Positions 28,473-37,978 of a stretch of 41,479 nucleotides of DNA are shown here, in pieces (position 1 is the first letter of the stretch; each line of letters opens with the position of its first letter). The notes beneath the pieces are model-generated. The model made no database searches. It saw nothing but the letters and a program-made list of their open reading frames with translations, and had not been told where the DNA came from. Where the stretch lies: IMG/VR virus record IMGVR_UViG_3300033148_003000. One strand, given 5' to 3'. The position numbers and the translations under genes were made by a program. This DNA is from an uncultured virus (IMG/VR IMGVR_UViG_3300033148_003000). Its lineage: Duplodnaviria; Heunggongvirae; Uroviricota; Caudoviricetes.

Positions 28473-28666
28473 TCTTAATCACCTTTATTTTTTTAAAATG
28501 TTTTCTTAAATTCTTTTAATATATTTATTCCATCAATAGTAAAATATATGATAAAACACCCCAATAATAACATTAATAATATCATTAACCCACAGAATAC
28601 AATCCCATAAATTATTCCAACACTAAACAAACATGTTAATAAAAATTCTACCATTAATTTTACTCC

Positions 28667-29104
28667 TTAATTTCCTTCATCACATTTACAAGGTTTACCT
28701 TTAGTTATTTTACATTTTCCCTTAACCGTAATTTTCTTTTTAGGTTGTAAATGACAAATTTGATCATCTATAAAAATTGGGTAATCTATACTATCTCTTT
28801 CTCTTTGTAATTTAATAAGTTCAATTGTTTTATCATAATTATCTTTTAACATTTCTTTAGCTTCTTTTAGATGTATTTCTTTTCTTTGTTTATTTTCTTC
28901 TTTATTATTTTCATTAAATAATTCTAAACATTGTTTACAACGTTTTTCATTTTTTAGATCTTCACCAACTTGTTCTAAAAAATCACCAAATAAATGACAA
29001 TAATATTTAAAAAATAAACCATATTCTAAATATTGGCATTTAACATTACAATAATTATTATCAAAATTCACTTGTTCCTTAAGATATTTTTCAAATTTGT
29101 TCAT
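28667..29104 (-). CDS. Cys-rich hypothetical protein
   Basis: ORF track. Confidence 0.55.
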   Translation of the reverse strand: MNKFEKYLKEQVNFDNNYCNVKCQYLEYGLFFKYYCHLFGDFLEQVGEDLKNEKRCKQCLELFNENNKEENKQRKEIHLKEAKEMLKDNYDKTIELIKLQRERDSIDYPIFIDDQICHLQPKKKITVKGKCKITKGKPCKCDEGN

Positions 29105-29156
29105 AACTTGAACCTAAACTTTTCTTTTTGTAATTTACATGTAACAATAAACTCAT

Positions 29157-29402
29157 TTAGTTCATTAACTTTTTTTCTAATTCTTTAATTTTACATACTA
29201 AAGTCATCAAACATTGTTGATAATCACTTAATTTTTCAGTTTTTTCACTAGGATATCTTTTATTATACATATTGGTTCTAGGACAATCACCAAAACTACG
29301 TTTCATAACTAATATACATGGATTTGTATAATTAGATCCATTACGTTTAATAAGAAATTGTATCATAGCATTATAAACATTAAGAATTTTATAGTCAACC
29401 AT
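29157..29402 (-). CDS. Hypothetical protein
   Basis: ORF track. Confidence 0.5.
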   Translation of the reverse strand: MVDYKILNVYNAMIQFLIKRNGSNYTNPCILVMKRSFGDCPRTNMYNKRYPSEKTEKLSDYQQCLMTLVCKIKELEKKLMN

Positions 29403-29475
29403 TTAAACCACCAACATTAAACCAAATCCAACTACATATATTATACAAAAAACTAAACCAATTTCTCCTTTTTCT

Positions 29476-29742
29476 TTAAATACCTAATGTACATGAACCT
29501 ATAAGTGAAAACATCACTATCACACATATAATTCCAACCCAATTACATTCATAATCCTCAGCATAATTCTCAGTATAAGCTTCATAGTTTTTACAATTAT
29601 TTTCTTGATTAAGTTCTACACAGGTTTGTTTTAATCCAAAATCTTCGTTTTCAAAAGGTGAATTTTTAACTATTTTATTTCCAGGATGATAACACCTACG
29701 ATACATTTCATGTACACATTTATTACAAAAAACTTTAGTCAT
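29476..29742 (-). CDS. Cys-rich protein with a C-terminal TM helix
   Basis: CNKC...C...C, followed by a hydrophobic tail. Confidence 0.55.
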   Translation of the reverse strand: MTKVFCNKCVHEMYRRCYHPGNKIVKNSPFENEDFGLKQTCVELNQENNCKNYEAYTENYAEDYECNWVGIICVIVMFSLIGSCTLGI

Positions 29743-29749
29743 AATGTCT

Positions 29750-30073
29750 TCAATCTTTCTTATTTCTTTTATCGTTTTGAAATTTATATTCTTTCATATC
29801 ATCCAACACCATTTTAACTTTAGTTAATTCTGAATTAAATCTAGACGTTATAAAACGTGTTAAATAGTAATTAATCTGACCAATCTTTTCAGCATAATAT
29901 TCAGCTACTTTATTATTTTGTAATATTCTTTCACCAATCATATCAATATCCCCTTCTTCTTGAAGATAACCTTCGACTATCACATGACCACAATGACAAA
30001 CCAATTTTGAATCACACCAAGACATATTACATAGATTATTACATTCCAAACATCTTATCCATAAACCTGTCAT
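29750..30073 (-). CDS. Zinc-ribbon hypothetical protein
   Basis: CLEC...CHCG, with RBS AGGAG. Confidence 0.6.
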   Translation of the reverse strand: MTGLWIRCLECNNLCNMSWCDSKLVCHCGHVIVEGYLQEEGDIDMIGERILQNNKVAEYYAEKIGQINYYLTRFITSRFNSELTKVKMVLDDMKEYKFQNDKRNKKD

Positions 30074-30355
30074 TTTTATTCTCCTATATTTAATGTTAAA
30101 AATATACTATCAACAGAAACTTTTGGTTTAACCAAAGTTGTTATAATTACCATTATCATCTGTAATTTTTTGTTTAATATTTATTTTTTTTAAATCTTCA
30201 AAATTAATCATTGTCACCTTTAAACTTCACTTCTAAACAGTTATAATTATCTAATGAATCTACTAAATAATATAACAAAATACCGACTACCATACCTATG
30301 ATAAATATTTCAGAAAACCCCATTTTTATCTCCTTATTAATACTTAACTATTTTA

Positions 30356-30384
30356 AGTATATCACAAGTCTTTAAATATGTCAA
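30356..30384 (-). promoter_or_regulatory. Sigma70-type promoter embedded in the 3' end of ORF 30362..30628
   Basis: TTGACA-17 bp-TATACT with an extended TG. Confidence 0.7.
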
Positions 30385-30628
30385 TATCTTTAATTGGTTT
30401 ATTATTAAAATAACATGATTCATCATATAACACTGTTCCTTTAAATCCTGCGATAGTTTTTGGATGAGTAATATTTAGGATTTTTCTTTTGATTGGTTTA
30501 TTTACGAAACAATTTGTAATATTCATCCAACTAAAAAATGGTAATTTCGTTTTACACTGTTCTTTAAACCATAATGCTGGATTATCTTTATATCTTTCTA
30601 AATACTCATCAACTGTTAATTTTTCCAT
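30362..30628 (-). CDS. Small protein with terminase-large-subunit-like motifs
   Basis: YKDNPALWFKE and TIAGFKGTVLYDESCYF (Walker-B-like). No Walker A. Confidence 0.35.
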   Translation of the reverse strand: MEKLTVDEYLERYKDNPALWFKEQCKTKLPFFSWMNITNCFVNKPIKRKILNITHPKTIAGFKGTVLYDESCYFNNKPIKDIDIFKDL

Positions 30629-30685
30629 AATTAGTCTTTCTGTTTTTTAACTGATCCCCAAATATCTAATTTCCAACTAGGCCAT

Positions 30686-31189
30686 TCACGAATTTCTTCT
30701 GCATTTTTTTTTGAGTAATTGATTAAAATCATCATCAAGATATCTATGATCTATCATTACAACATCTTCACTTATATCATTTATTTCTTTAGCTAATCTC
30801 TCAATAATAAAATCATCTTTAAAATCACCATATTGAATTGTTTTACAACCATTATTTTTGATAAGATTGGTAACAGCATTTAAACTATGTATAGACGATT
30901 TTGAAAAATATAAACCTTCCCAACTGTTAAATACTACAAATAATAATTTTTCTGGGTTCTTATTTGAAACTTCAACAGCTTCTGCGATGGAAAATACGCC
31001 TTTCATTTGTGGTGTTATCACAATCAACACTAAATCACAAGAAATCTTTTCTCTTTCTTCATTTATTTTAGCTTCATCATTCCAATCTTTCACGACCGGA
31101 TCAAAATAATCAGTAACTAATAAAGGTTTTAATTTATCTCTCCAATTCGTTTCGGAACATGTTCCACCTAAAAATACTTTAAATCCCAT
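30686..31189 (-). CDS. Nucleoside 2-deoxyribosyltransferase-like protein
   Basis: KVFLGGTC...WRD...YFDPVVKDW...E..CD...VITPQMKGVFSIAEAV. Confidence 0.8.
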   Translation of the reverse strand: MGFKVFLGGTCSETNWRDKLKPLLVTDYFDPVVKDWNDEAKINEEREKISCDLVLIVITPQMKGVFSIAEAVEVSNKNPEKLLFVVFNSWEGLYFSKSSIHSLNAVTNLIKNNGCKTIQYGDFKDDFIIERLAKEINDISEDVVMIDHRYLDDDFNQLLKKKCRRNS

Positions 31190-31191
31190 TT

Positions 31192-31494
31192 TTATTTCTC
31201 CTTTATTGTACTATCCATGTTATCATGACATTTCTGTAACATTTCTATTAATCGTTTAACCTGTTCTTTAAGTAAATGCACAACGCACATATTTCCAAGT
31301 TCATGTTGATCATCAGGTTCATCATAATAATAATTATGTATAAACATTTCTAATTTATTTTTATCATGATGGGATATTAACAATCTACATTTACATTCAT
31401 CATAATAATTTATCATCTCAAAAGGTAATTTTAATTCGCTATCTTGGCCTCCACCACCATGTAAATGAAGATCCTCATAAAATTCATTTATCAT
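31192..31494 (-). CDS. Hypothetical protein
   Basis: ORF track. Confidence 0.55.
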   Translation of the reverse strand: MINEFYEDLHLHGGGGQDSELKLPFEMINYYDECKCRLLISHHDKNKLEMFIHNYYYDEPDDQHELGNMCVVHLLKEQVKRLIEMLQKCHDNMDSTIKEK

Positions 31495-31686
31495 TTATAA
31501 CCCCTTGTATATTAATTCATCTATATTATATTTGTGAATTTCAAATCCTTCAGGGTCATAATTTTCTTGTTGAATATAAGCATTAAGATAACTTTCAGCA
31601 ATTAAATCCGTACTAAAAATTCCTAAAATACTTTGTCGTCCTGAAATACAATATTGTAAAATCACATAAATTTCATTATTATTCAT
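31495..31686 (-). CDS. Small phage-type protein (vY.v...lGiFSt.e.Ae family)
   Basis: IYVI...ILGIFSTDLIAESY, similar to 37599..37961. Confidence 0.6.
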   Translation of the reverse strand: MNNNEIYVILQYCISGRQSILGIFSTDLIAESYLNAYIQQENYDPEGFEIHKYNIDELIYKGL

Positions 31687-32288
31687 TTATATTTCCTTTA
31701 AGCCTTTCTTAAAAAAATCATACCAAACATACCTGTTTCCATATCGATATGGACTTAAAGCGTTGTAATAACTTTGTCGATTTTCATAGAAATATCGAGA
31801 CATAAACAACGGTTTTAAACCATTTCTCACGCATATTAGGGGAATCAATAACCGACCTAATCGACCATTTCCATCTACAAAAGGTGAATCATTTCAAAAT
31901 CGGCATGTAAATTACCCACAACTTCATAACCATAAAATTTACTCGCAGTTAAATATACATAGAATTTTAAAAATTCTTGTGGTAAAATTCTACAATCAGT
32001 GGTGGGATTTCCACCTACATTAACATCAACTTGTCTTAATTTACCACCCTTTGCAAGATCAGGAAATAAATATTGATGGATTTCTTGTATCGCAAAATAC
32101 CAATTTTCACTTTGGCTTGATTGATAATCTGTTGATTCTAAATTACAACACAATACTCCATCTTTAATCCATTTAGCTAATTTGTTATAAATATCGATTG
32201 GGTATTATAACTCATTGTAATTTAATGACAACCCTTCTATTTGCCAACTATGTGCAAATTCTTCAATTAATACATCTTTATTCACCAT
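31687..32288 (-). pseudogene. fic: Fic-domain protein, interrupted by a nonsense codon and a frameshift
   Basis: GGAGG-ATG at 32288, an in-frame TAA at 32205-32207, then IQEIHQYLF..GGKLRQVDV...LHADFEMIH. Restoring one C at about 31884 gives HPFVDGNGRLGRLL...RQSYYNAL...WYDFF*. Confidence 0.85.
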
Positions 32289-33366
32289 TTAATTCCTCCA
32301 ACATTTCTTCTATTGAATATGGTAATTTTTCGATAAATTTCTTTAAAATATTATACTTTTTAAACAACTTGTCATATTCTTTACCTGAAAATACCCGTTT
32401 GCCTAATTCTTCTTCAGCTTGATCGATTATTTTATCAAATTCTTTATTTTGATCAACTTTTTCTTTAAATTTTTCTTCATTTTCAACTAAAAAGTTTACA
32501 AGTTCAACTTCTTCTGGATCGAAATTATTTATATCTTCTTCGTCATCAATTACAAATTCAACTTCTATTTCGCTTTCACTAATTGGATCTGTATTACCAA
32601 CAAAATCATCAAGTAAAGTTAATGTATCATTTTCTTTTTTATTTTGAACAACTTCGTTGTCATTCTGATCAAGTTTATCATTCTTTGTCTTTTCTTCTAA
32701 TCTTTTTGTAATCTTTTTCATCACATCACCATGTTCAAGTCTATAATATCTACCAGTCCATCCACAGTCTTCACAATTATAAACCCGCATTCCGTCTGAT
32801 ACCCAACCATGTCCTTTACAAGTTTGACATTTCATCCAAGGTGAATAAAACCCACCACAACAGTATGTACAATAATCGACTTCTTTCCAACCTGCTTCAA
32901 TCAATTTTTGGTTTGTTTCTAATATTATTTGTAACTGTCTTTCACAATCGCAATGTATACACAAATCCTCATATGAGTCTTTTGTAATTACTTTTTGTAT
33001 TTCTTCCCATTTTCTCAAATTTTCTTCAATGTTTTCTTTAGACCATGACTGACTAAATTTAGTGTTAGGTCTGGATATTCTTTGTAAACTAAAATAATGA
33101 AAATTATTTATACTATTATTATATTTAACATATTGACAATTAATTTGGTATTTATTCCATAACCATAAATAAATATTTTCTTTAAAATCAATAGATAATA
33201 TCTCTATGTTATTTAAAGTTATCGAGTAAATACATTCACCATCGATGTAATTATGTCCATTGTATGTGTTTATATTTTCACTAATTAGTTCTTTCCATTT
33301 TTTTAATAATATTTGTTCTTGCATTTTAAATTCCTTTTTCATTACTTCGTAGTGGATCTTTATCAA
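32278..33366 (-). CDS. Hypothetical protein with a zinc finger and acidic C-terminus
   Basis: CTYCCGG, CQTCKGHG and CEDCGWTG. Confidence 0.65.
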   Translation of the reverse strand: MIKIHYEVMKKEFKMQEQILLKKWKELISENINTYNGHNYIDGECIYSITLNNIEILSIDFKENIYLWLWNKYQINCQYVKYNNSINNFHYFSLQRISRPNTKFSQSWSKENIEENLRKWEEIQKVITKDSYEDLCIHCDCERQLQIILETNQKLIEAGWKEVDYCTYCCGGFYSPWMKCQTCKGHGWVSDGMRVYNCEDCGWTGRYYRLEHGDVMKKITKRLEEKTKNDKLDQNDNEVVQNKKENDTLTLLDDFVGNTDPISESEIEVEFVIDDEEDINNFDPEEVELVNFLVENEEKFKEKVDQNKEFDKIIDQAEEELGKRVFSGKEYDKLFKKYNILKKFIEKLPYSIEEMLEELNGE

Positions 33367-33492
33367 TCATTAAACAATTTTTCTAATCTTTCTAATCTTT
33401 CTAATATTGAACTATGAGTATGTAAAGTATCAGCATCAAATAATTTTGTTTTTCTTTTAAATATACCTTTTAAAAACCCAATATTTTTTTAA

Positions 33493-33693
33493 TCATTTTA
33501 AACTCCTTCTTCTTTTTAGTATTTCGCTTGCAGATGGTAGTCGTCTAACATCAACTACTTCACCATCGATATCCCAATAAAACCGTTGGTTTTTTATGGT
33601 TTTTATCATTTGCATAAAATCAATAGTTAAAATTAACCAACAAAATTTTAAATTATCTTTAAACATTTTCTTTATTTCTAAACTTTTCAACAT
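33493..33693 (-). CDS. Hypothetical protein
   Basis: ORF track. Confidence 0.45.
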   Translation of the reverse strand: MLKSLEIKKMFKDNLKFCWLILTIDFMQMIKTIKNQRFYWDIDGEVVDVRRLPSASEILKRRRSLK

Positions 33694-33940
33694 CTTTTTT
33701 TATTTTCAAATAGTCTTTATCAGACCATAAAATTTCATCGTTTAATTCTTTTTCACTCATTTCATTCAACTGATCTATTCTTCTAATGAGGATTTGTAAA
33801 AAGTTAATTTGTTTTTCTTCATTAACTCCATCACTAAAACAACCTTTAAATTCTTCCATAAATGCAATCTTTTTTATTAAAATCTTTTTTATTCCTAATT
33901 TTAATAAATATAAAATTTTATTTTTATTACACTCAACCAT
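33659..33940 (-). CDS. Hypothetical protein
   Basis: ORF track, with RBS GAGG. Confidence 0.55.
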   Translation of the reverse strand: MVECNKNKILYLLKLGIKKILIKKIAFMEEFKGCFSDGVNEEKQINFLQILIRRIDQLNEMSEKELNDEILWSDKDYLKIKKDVEKFRNKENV

Positions 33941-33941
33941 T

Positions 33942-34250
33942 TTATATTACCTCAAAATAAATAATTGTACAATAGGTTTCATCTGTAATATCAGGATAAA
34001 TATCTTTTAATACTTTTTTTAAAAATAATAAAGACATTCCTTCTTGTTCTGCAATATAAACATTTAATTCTGAAAATTTTAAATATTCAATATTTTTTAC
34101 TAATACTGTAATTTCTTTTTTATTATCCAATCCTTCAAACATTAAAATAGGTGTATCTTTAATATATCTTATACCTTTTCTAACAGTAACAGTTTTAATA
34201 CCATCTTCAACCATTTTTAAAAAATTATCTTGTAATAATAATTTATTCAT
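33942..34250 (-). CDS. ASCH (PUA-like) domain protein
   Basis: GIKTVTVRKG...FSEL...AEQEG...LKDIYP. Confidence 0.8.
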   Translation of the reverse strand: MNKLLLQDNFLKMVEDGIKTVTVRKGIRYIKDTPILMFEGLDNKKEITVLVKNIEYLKFSELNVYIAEQEGMSLLFLKKVLKDIYPDITDETYCTIIYFEVI

Positions 34251-34262
34251 TTTCTAACCTTT

Positions 34263-35417
34263 CTAATCATTATAAACCAACCGACCATTAACAAATGTTT
34301 TTTCAACTTTTCCAAGAACTTCTTCACCATCAAATGGTGTATTTTTACCTTTTGAAACAAATTCTTCTTTGTCTATAACCCATTCTCGATTAGGATCAAA
34401 TACTACAATATCAGCAATTGAACCACAAGATAAATCGCCTATCATGGATGTTCTCAATATTGTTGCAGGATTAGAAGTAAACCATGAAACCAATTGTAAT
34501 GGTTCAACATCTTTAAATAGTGAATATACTAAAGAAAATGCGGTTTCAAATCCTGATACACCTGGAAATCTCTCCGATTCATGAGGTGCATGATCTGTTA
34601 CTACACAATCAACCAATCCTTTAATCAACTCGTTTCTTAAACTATTATAGTCTTCATAAGTATTAGATACAGGTTTAACTTTCCAATTATATTCAATAGG
34701 ATATAAATGATGAGGTGTAACATCGCAAGTAATATTTAATCCTTCTTCTTTTCCTTGATATATTAACTCTAAAGAACCTTTTTTTGATATATGAGTAAAA
34801 TGTAAATTAATATTATAAGGATTTGATCTTAATAGTTCTATTTCTTGTGCTATCTTTGAAGATTCATCAACATTACATGTATGAGATATAATAACTTTTT
34901 GATCTTGAAGTTTAAACAAATTTTGTTTCAATTGTTTACAAGGTGTATCACATCCATCATTAGAATATCCAACACATAAATCTTTTAAATAAACTTCACT
35001 CATAGGTGTGTGTTGTTTCAAACCTTGAGTAAATGGGCCAATAACGTGAACACGACATTGTGCATGTTTGTTAATTAGATATTTGTAGTATTTTAACACC
35101 AACGAGTTGTCTAAACAAGGTTTAGTATTAGGCATACAACACACAGTTGTATATCCTCCTTTGACTGCTGCAAGGGTTTCGGTCTTGATTGTTCCCTTTT
35201 TCCATTCGAACATGTCCCTTAAATGACAATGTAAATCAACAAATCCAGGTAATACCCATTTATCATCACAGTATACCTCATTTAGTGATTTTAAATTATC
35301 ACCTATTTCACTTATTCGACCATTTTCTACACGAATATCTGTTATCTTATCCAATCCACTTCCAGGGTCTATTATCCTACCATATTTTAAAACAAAACTG
35401 TTTAGTTTATTATTCAT
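34263..35417 (-). CDS. pyrC: Dihydroorotase (class I)
   Basis: PGFVDLHCHLR, AAVKGGYTTVCCMPNTKP, CDVTPHHL, TDHAPH, PGVSGFET and SKGKNTPF. Confidence 0.92.
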   Translation of the reverse strand: MNNKLNSFVLKYGRIIDPGSGLDKITDIRVENGRISEIGDNLKSLNEVYCDDKWVLPGFVDLHCHLRDMFEWKKGTIKTETLAAVKGGYTTVCCMPNTKPCLDNSLVLKYYKYLINKHAQCRVHVIGPFTQGLKQHTPMSEVYLKDLCVGYSNDGCDTPCKQLKQNLFKLQDQKVIISHTCNVDESSKIAQEIELLRSNPYNINLHFTHISKKGSLELIYQGKEEGLNITCDVTPHHLYPIEYNWKVKPVSNTYEDYNSLRNELIKGLVDCVVTDHAPHESERFPGVSGFETAFSLVYSLFKDVEPLQLVSWFTSNPATILRTSMIGDLSCGSIADIVVFDPNREWVIDKEEFVSKGKNTPFDGEEVLGKVEKTFVNGRLVYND

Positions 35418-35883
35418 GTGAAATATCCACCTTCATAAATGACACAATATCTTTCAGTTGTGAACGATCTACCACGCAACCAACACCAACTACTTCTCCA
35501 CCTTGATCTTCAATTATTTTTTTGGTTTGATCAACTGTTCCACCTGTCGTTATCACATCTTCAATAATAATGTATCTCTTTTGAGTAACCTTAAACGATC
35601 TTTTCATAACCATTTGACCGTTAACTTTTTCAACAAATAAAAAATGTTTACCCATTTTTTTAGCAACTTCATATCCAAAAATTGTTGCACCCAATGCAGG
35701 ACTAACTACAACATCAAAGTTTTTGGGTATTTTTTTTACCAGTTCTGTAACCACTTCATCAACTAAATAAGGTGATTTCAACAATTGTGAACAGTCATAA
35801 AATGTGTTGGTTTTTGAACCATTGGTTAAAACGAAATTACCTTTTTGTTTAATCAATTGTATCACAAATTCTTTACTTAACAT
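35410..35883 (-). CDS. pyrE: Orotate phosphoribosyltransferase
   Basis: GNFVLTNG, PALG and the PRPP motif IIIEDVITTGGT, plus VDRS. Confidence 0.9.
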   Translation of the reverse strand: MLSKEFVIQLIKQKGNFVLTNGSKTNTFYDCSQLLKSPYLVDEVVTELVKKIPKNFDVVVSPALGATIFGYEVAKKMGKHFLFVEKVNGQMVMKRSFKVTQKRYIIIEDVITTGGTVDQTKKIIEDQGGEVVGVGCVVDRSQLKDIVSFMKVDISHE

Positions 35884-36644
35884 TTTTTTGTAATTTCCAT
35901 AATTTCTTTTTTTAAACTAATTATTATTTTATCATTTACAAAATTAAATATATCTTTTATATATATTTTCATTTTAATTAAATTATATGGTATTTCTTCA
36001 CTTTTTCCAAATATTTCAATAGCATATATTTTAGTATAAGTTTCATACCCATTATAAGATATTGTTGAATAATTCCTACAAAATTTAAGTTCACATTTAT
36101 ATTTTGTACCAACTTTATATTTAGAATGTAATATTTTACATTCATAGGATTCTATATATTTACCATTATCATCTTCTAAAATATTACAAATATTAGATAA
36201 TTCTTTTATCTTTTCTTCTTCATTCATTTCTAACCAATTTTTTCCTATATTTTCTACATAATATGGAAATTTATATTTAAATTCTTTTATAAAATTAGAT
36301 GACATATGTTGTTTATCTATAATTAAAATCCAATGAATTTTATCTTGAAATTCTCTCATGAAATTTTCAGATAATATTTGGCTTACTGAAACCCAATACC
36401 AATCTATTTCATTTTGAAATTCTCTCATGAAATTTTCAGATAATAATTGAAAATTTGAAATATAAGGCCATATAATATAATCTTGAAATTCTCTTATAAA
36501 ATCTTCAGGTAATATAAAATATTTTGATATAATTACCCAATCTACATTTTTATAAAAATAAATTTGTTCTTTTTTTGTTTTGATTTGAAAATTATTTATA
36601 AAATTTTCTATTTCCTTGTTTGTAAATACTTTATCTGTAAACAT
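35877..36644 (-). CDS. Tryptophan-repeat protein
   Basis: 23-aa repeats W..IS....L.E.F.REFQ..I, with a near-identical 32-nt DNA duplication at 36345 and 36414. Confidence 0.75.
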   Translation of the reverse strand: MFTDKVFTNKEIENFINNFQIKTKKEQIYFYKNVDWVIISKYFILPEDFIREFQDYIIWPYISNFQLLSENFMREFQNEIDWYWVSVSQILSENFMREFQDKIHWILIIDKQHMSSNFIKEFKYKFPYYVENIGKNWLEMNEEEKIKELSNICNILEDDNGKYIESYECKILHSKYKVGTKYKCELKFCRNYSTISYNGYETYTKIYAIEIFGKSEEIPYNLIKMKIYIKDIFNFVNDKIIISLKKEIMEITKKC

Positions 36645-36653
36645 TTTATCTCC

Positions 36654-37562
36654 TTAATTTAATAACCATTCAAAGATTCCCACTCTTACAGGAACACTAT
36701 TTTCAACTTGTTTCAAAATCAATGACAATTTTTGATCATCAACCAAATCAGATGTAATTTCTTTTCCTCTGTTTACTGGTCCTGGATGCATTATCTTAGC
36801 TTCAGGACAGTATTTCTCAACTAATTCCCTGGTTAATTTATATGCGTGTTCTTCGCTTACACCTTTAATGATGTCTTTTATTGATGATTGTTTTATGTCA
36901 TATCGTTCGATTTGATCTCTCAAACACATTACAATATTGGCATTTTTTATACCATCAATCAATTTTGTATGTGATGTAAACGGACAATTGTGTATTTCTT
37001 TAGGTAATAGTTCAACTGGACCAACTAAATGTAAATCAATACCATATTTAGTCAAAAGTTTAACATTGGATCGTGCAACTCTTGAATGTAACACATCACC
37101 AATAATTATAACTTTTTCCAACTTTTCAATTTCTTTCATCATTGTATAATAATCTATCAATGCCTGAGATGGATGTTCATCACAACCATTTCCTGCGTTA
37201 ACAAAGTGAACTTGATGACCAAATTTCTTCACCAATTCTTTAACTAAATTTTCTCTTTGATGTCTGATTACCAAAACATTTATACCCATTGTAACCAAAT
37301 TTGCAACAGTATCAAATACTGTTTCACCTTTAACTTCTGCGGAAGTATCGAGATTAAGATTGATTACATTGTAACCCAATAACTTCGCTGCTAACTCAAA
37401 ACTACATCTTGTACGTGTAGAATTTTCATAAAATAATAATCCAACATTTACATGATTTAAACGAAAATTATGATTACATTCATGATTAAATATTTTATCA
37501 ATATCACTTGTTGATAATTTATCTATCGATATTAGATGTTTCAATCCTTTTTGTGTAGTCAT
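36654..37562 (-). CDS. pyrB: Aspartate carbamoyltransferase catalytic subunit
   Basis: FYENSTRTRCSFE, KGET, IRH, NAG...HPSQAL, GDVLHSRVARS, R.Q.ER and MHPGPVNRG. Confidence 0.95.
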   Translation of the reverse strand: MTTQKGLKHLISIDKLSTSDIDKIFNHECNHNFRLNHVNVGLLFYENSTRTRCSFELAAKLLGYNVINLNLDTSAEVKGETVFDTVANLVTMGINVLVIRHQRENLVKELVKKFGHQVHFVNAGNGCDEHPSQALIDYYTMMKEIEKLEKVIIIGDVLHSRVARSNVKLLTKYGIDLHLVGPVELLPKEIHNCPFTSHTKLIDGIKNANIVMCLRDQIERYDIKQSSIKDIIKGVSEEHAYKLTRELVEKYCPEAKIMHPGPVNRGKEITSDLVDDQKLSLILKQVENSVPVRVGIFEWLLN

Positions 37563-37598
37563 CTTGTTTACTCCTATTAATTATTCTATCGACACATT

Positions 37599-37961
37599 TT
37601 ATCCTTCTTGATTCTTAAAAATTAAAAAATCATTAGAAACAACACTATTGTCTTTTAATACAAAAGAATTATCTGAGTTAATTATTTGTATTTGATCTTT
37701 TACATAAAATGATCCTTCAGATAGATTAGGTTTTTCAACAATAACCTTATTACCCTTTTTGAGAATTTCACCAAAATAATCTGTACCATAATATTCAACC
37801 AAATCGTCTATTTTCATTTTAACAATATCGTAATAACGAGAATCATGTTGTTGATTAATATAATTTTCACCTTTTTCTTTAGTTGAAAAAATACCTACTG
37901 TATTTTTTACATCATATGAACCACTCATAATAAATCTAACTGCATAAACTTCCATTTTCAA
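37599..37961 (-). CDS. Phage-type hypothetical protein
   Basis: VYAV...VGIFSTKEKGENY. Confidence 0.6.
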   Translation of the reverse strand: MKMEVYAVRFIMSGSYDVKNTVGIFSTKEKGENYINQQHDSRYYDIVKMKIDDLVEYYGTDYFGEILKKGNKVIVEKPNLSEGSFYVKDQIQIINSDNSFVLKDNSVVSNDFLIFKNQEG

Positions 37962-37978
37962 ACAACCTTTCTTTATAA

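Noticed and set aside
36345..36445. DGR template/variable repeat pair
   Set aside because: This is a 69-nt-period coding repeat within the Trp-repeat gene. There is no adenine-specific variation and no reverse transcriptase in view.
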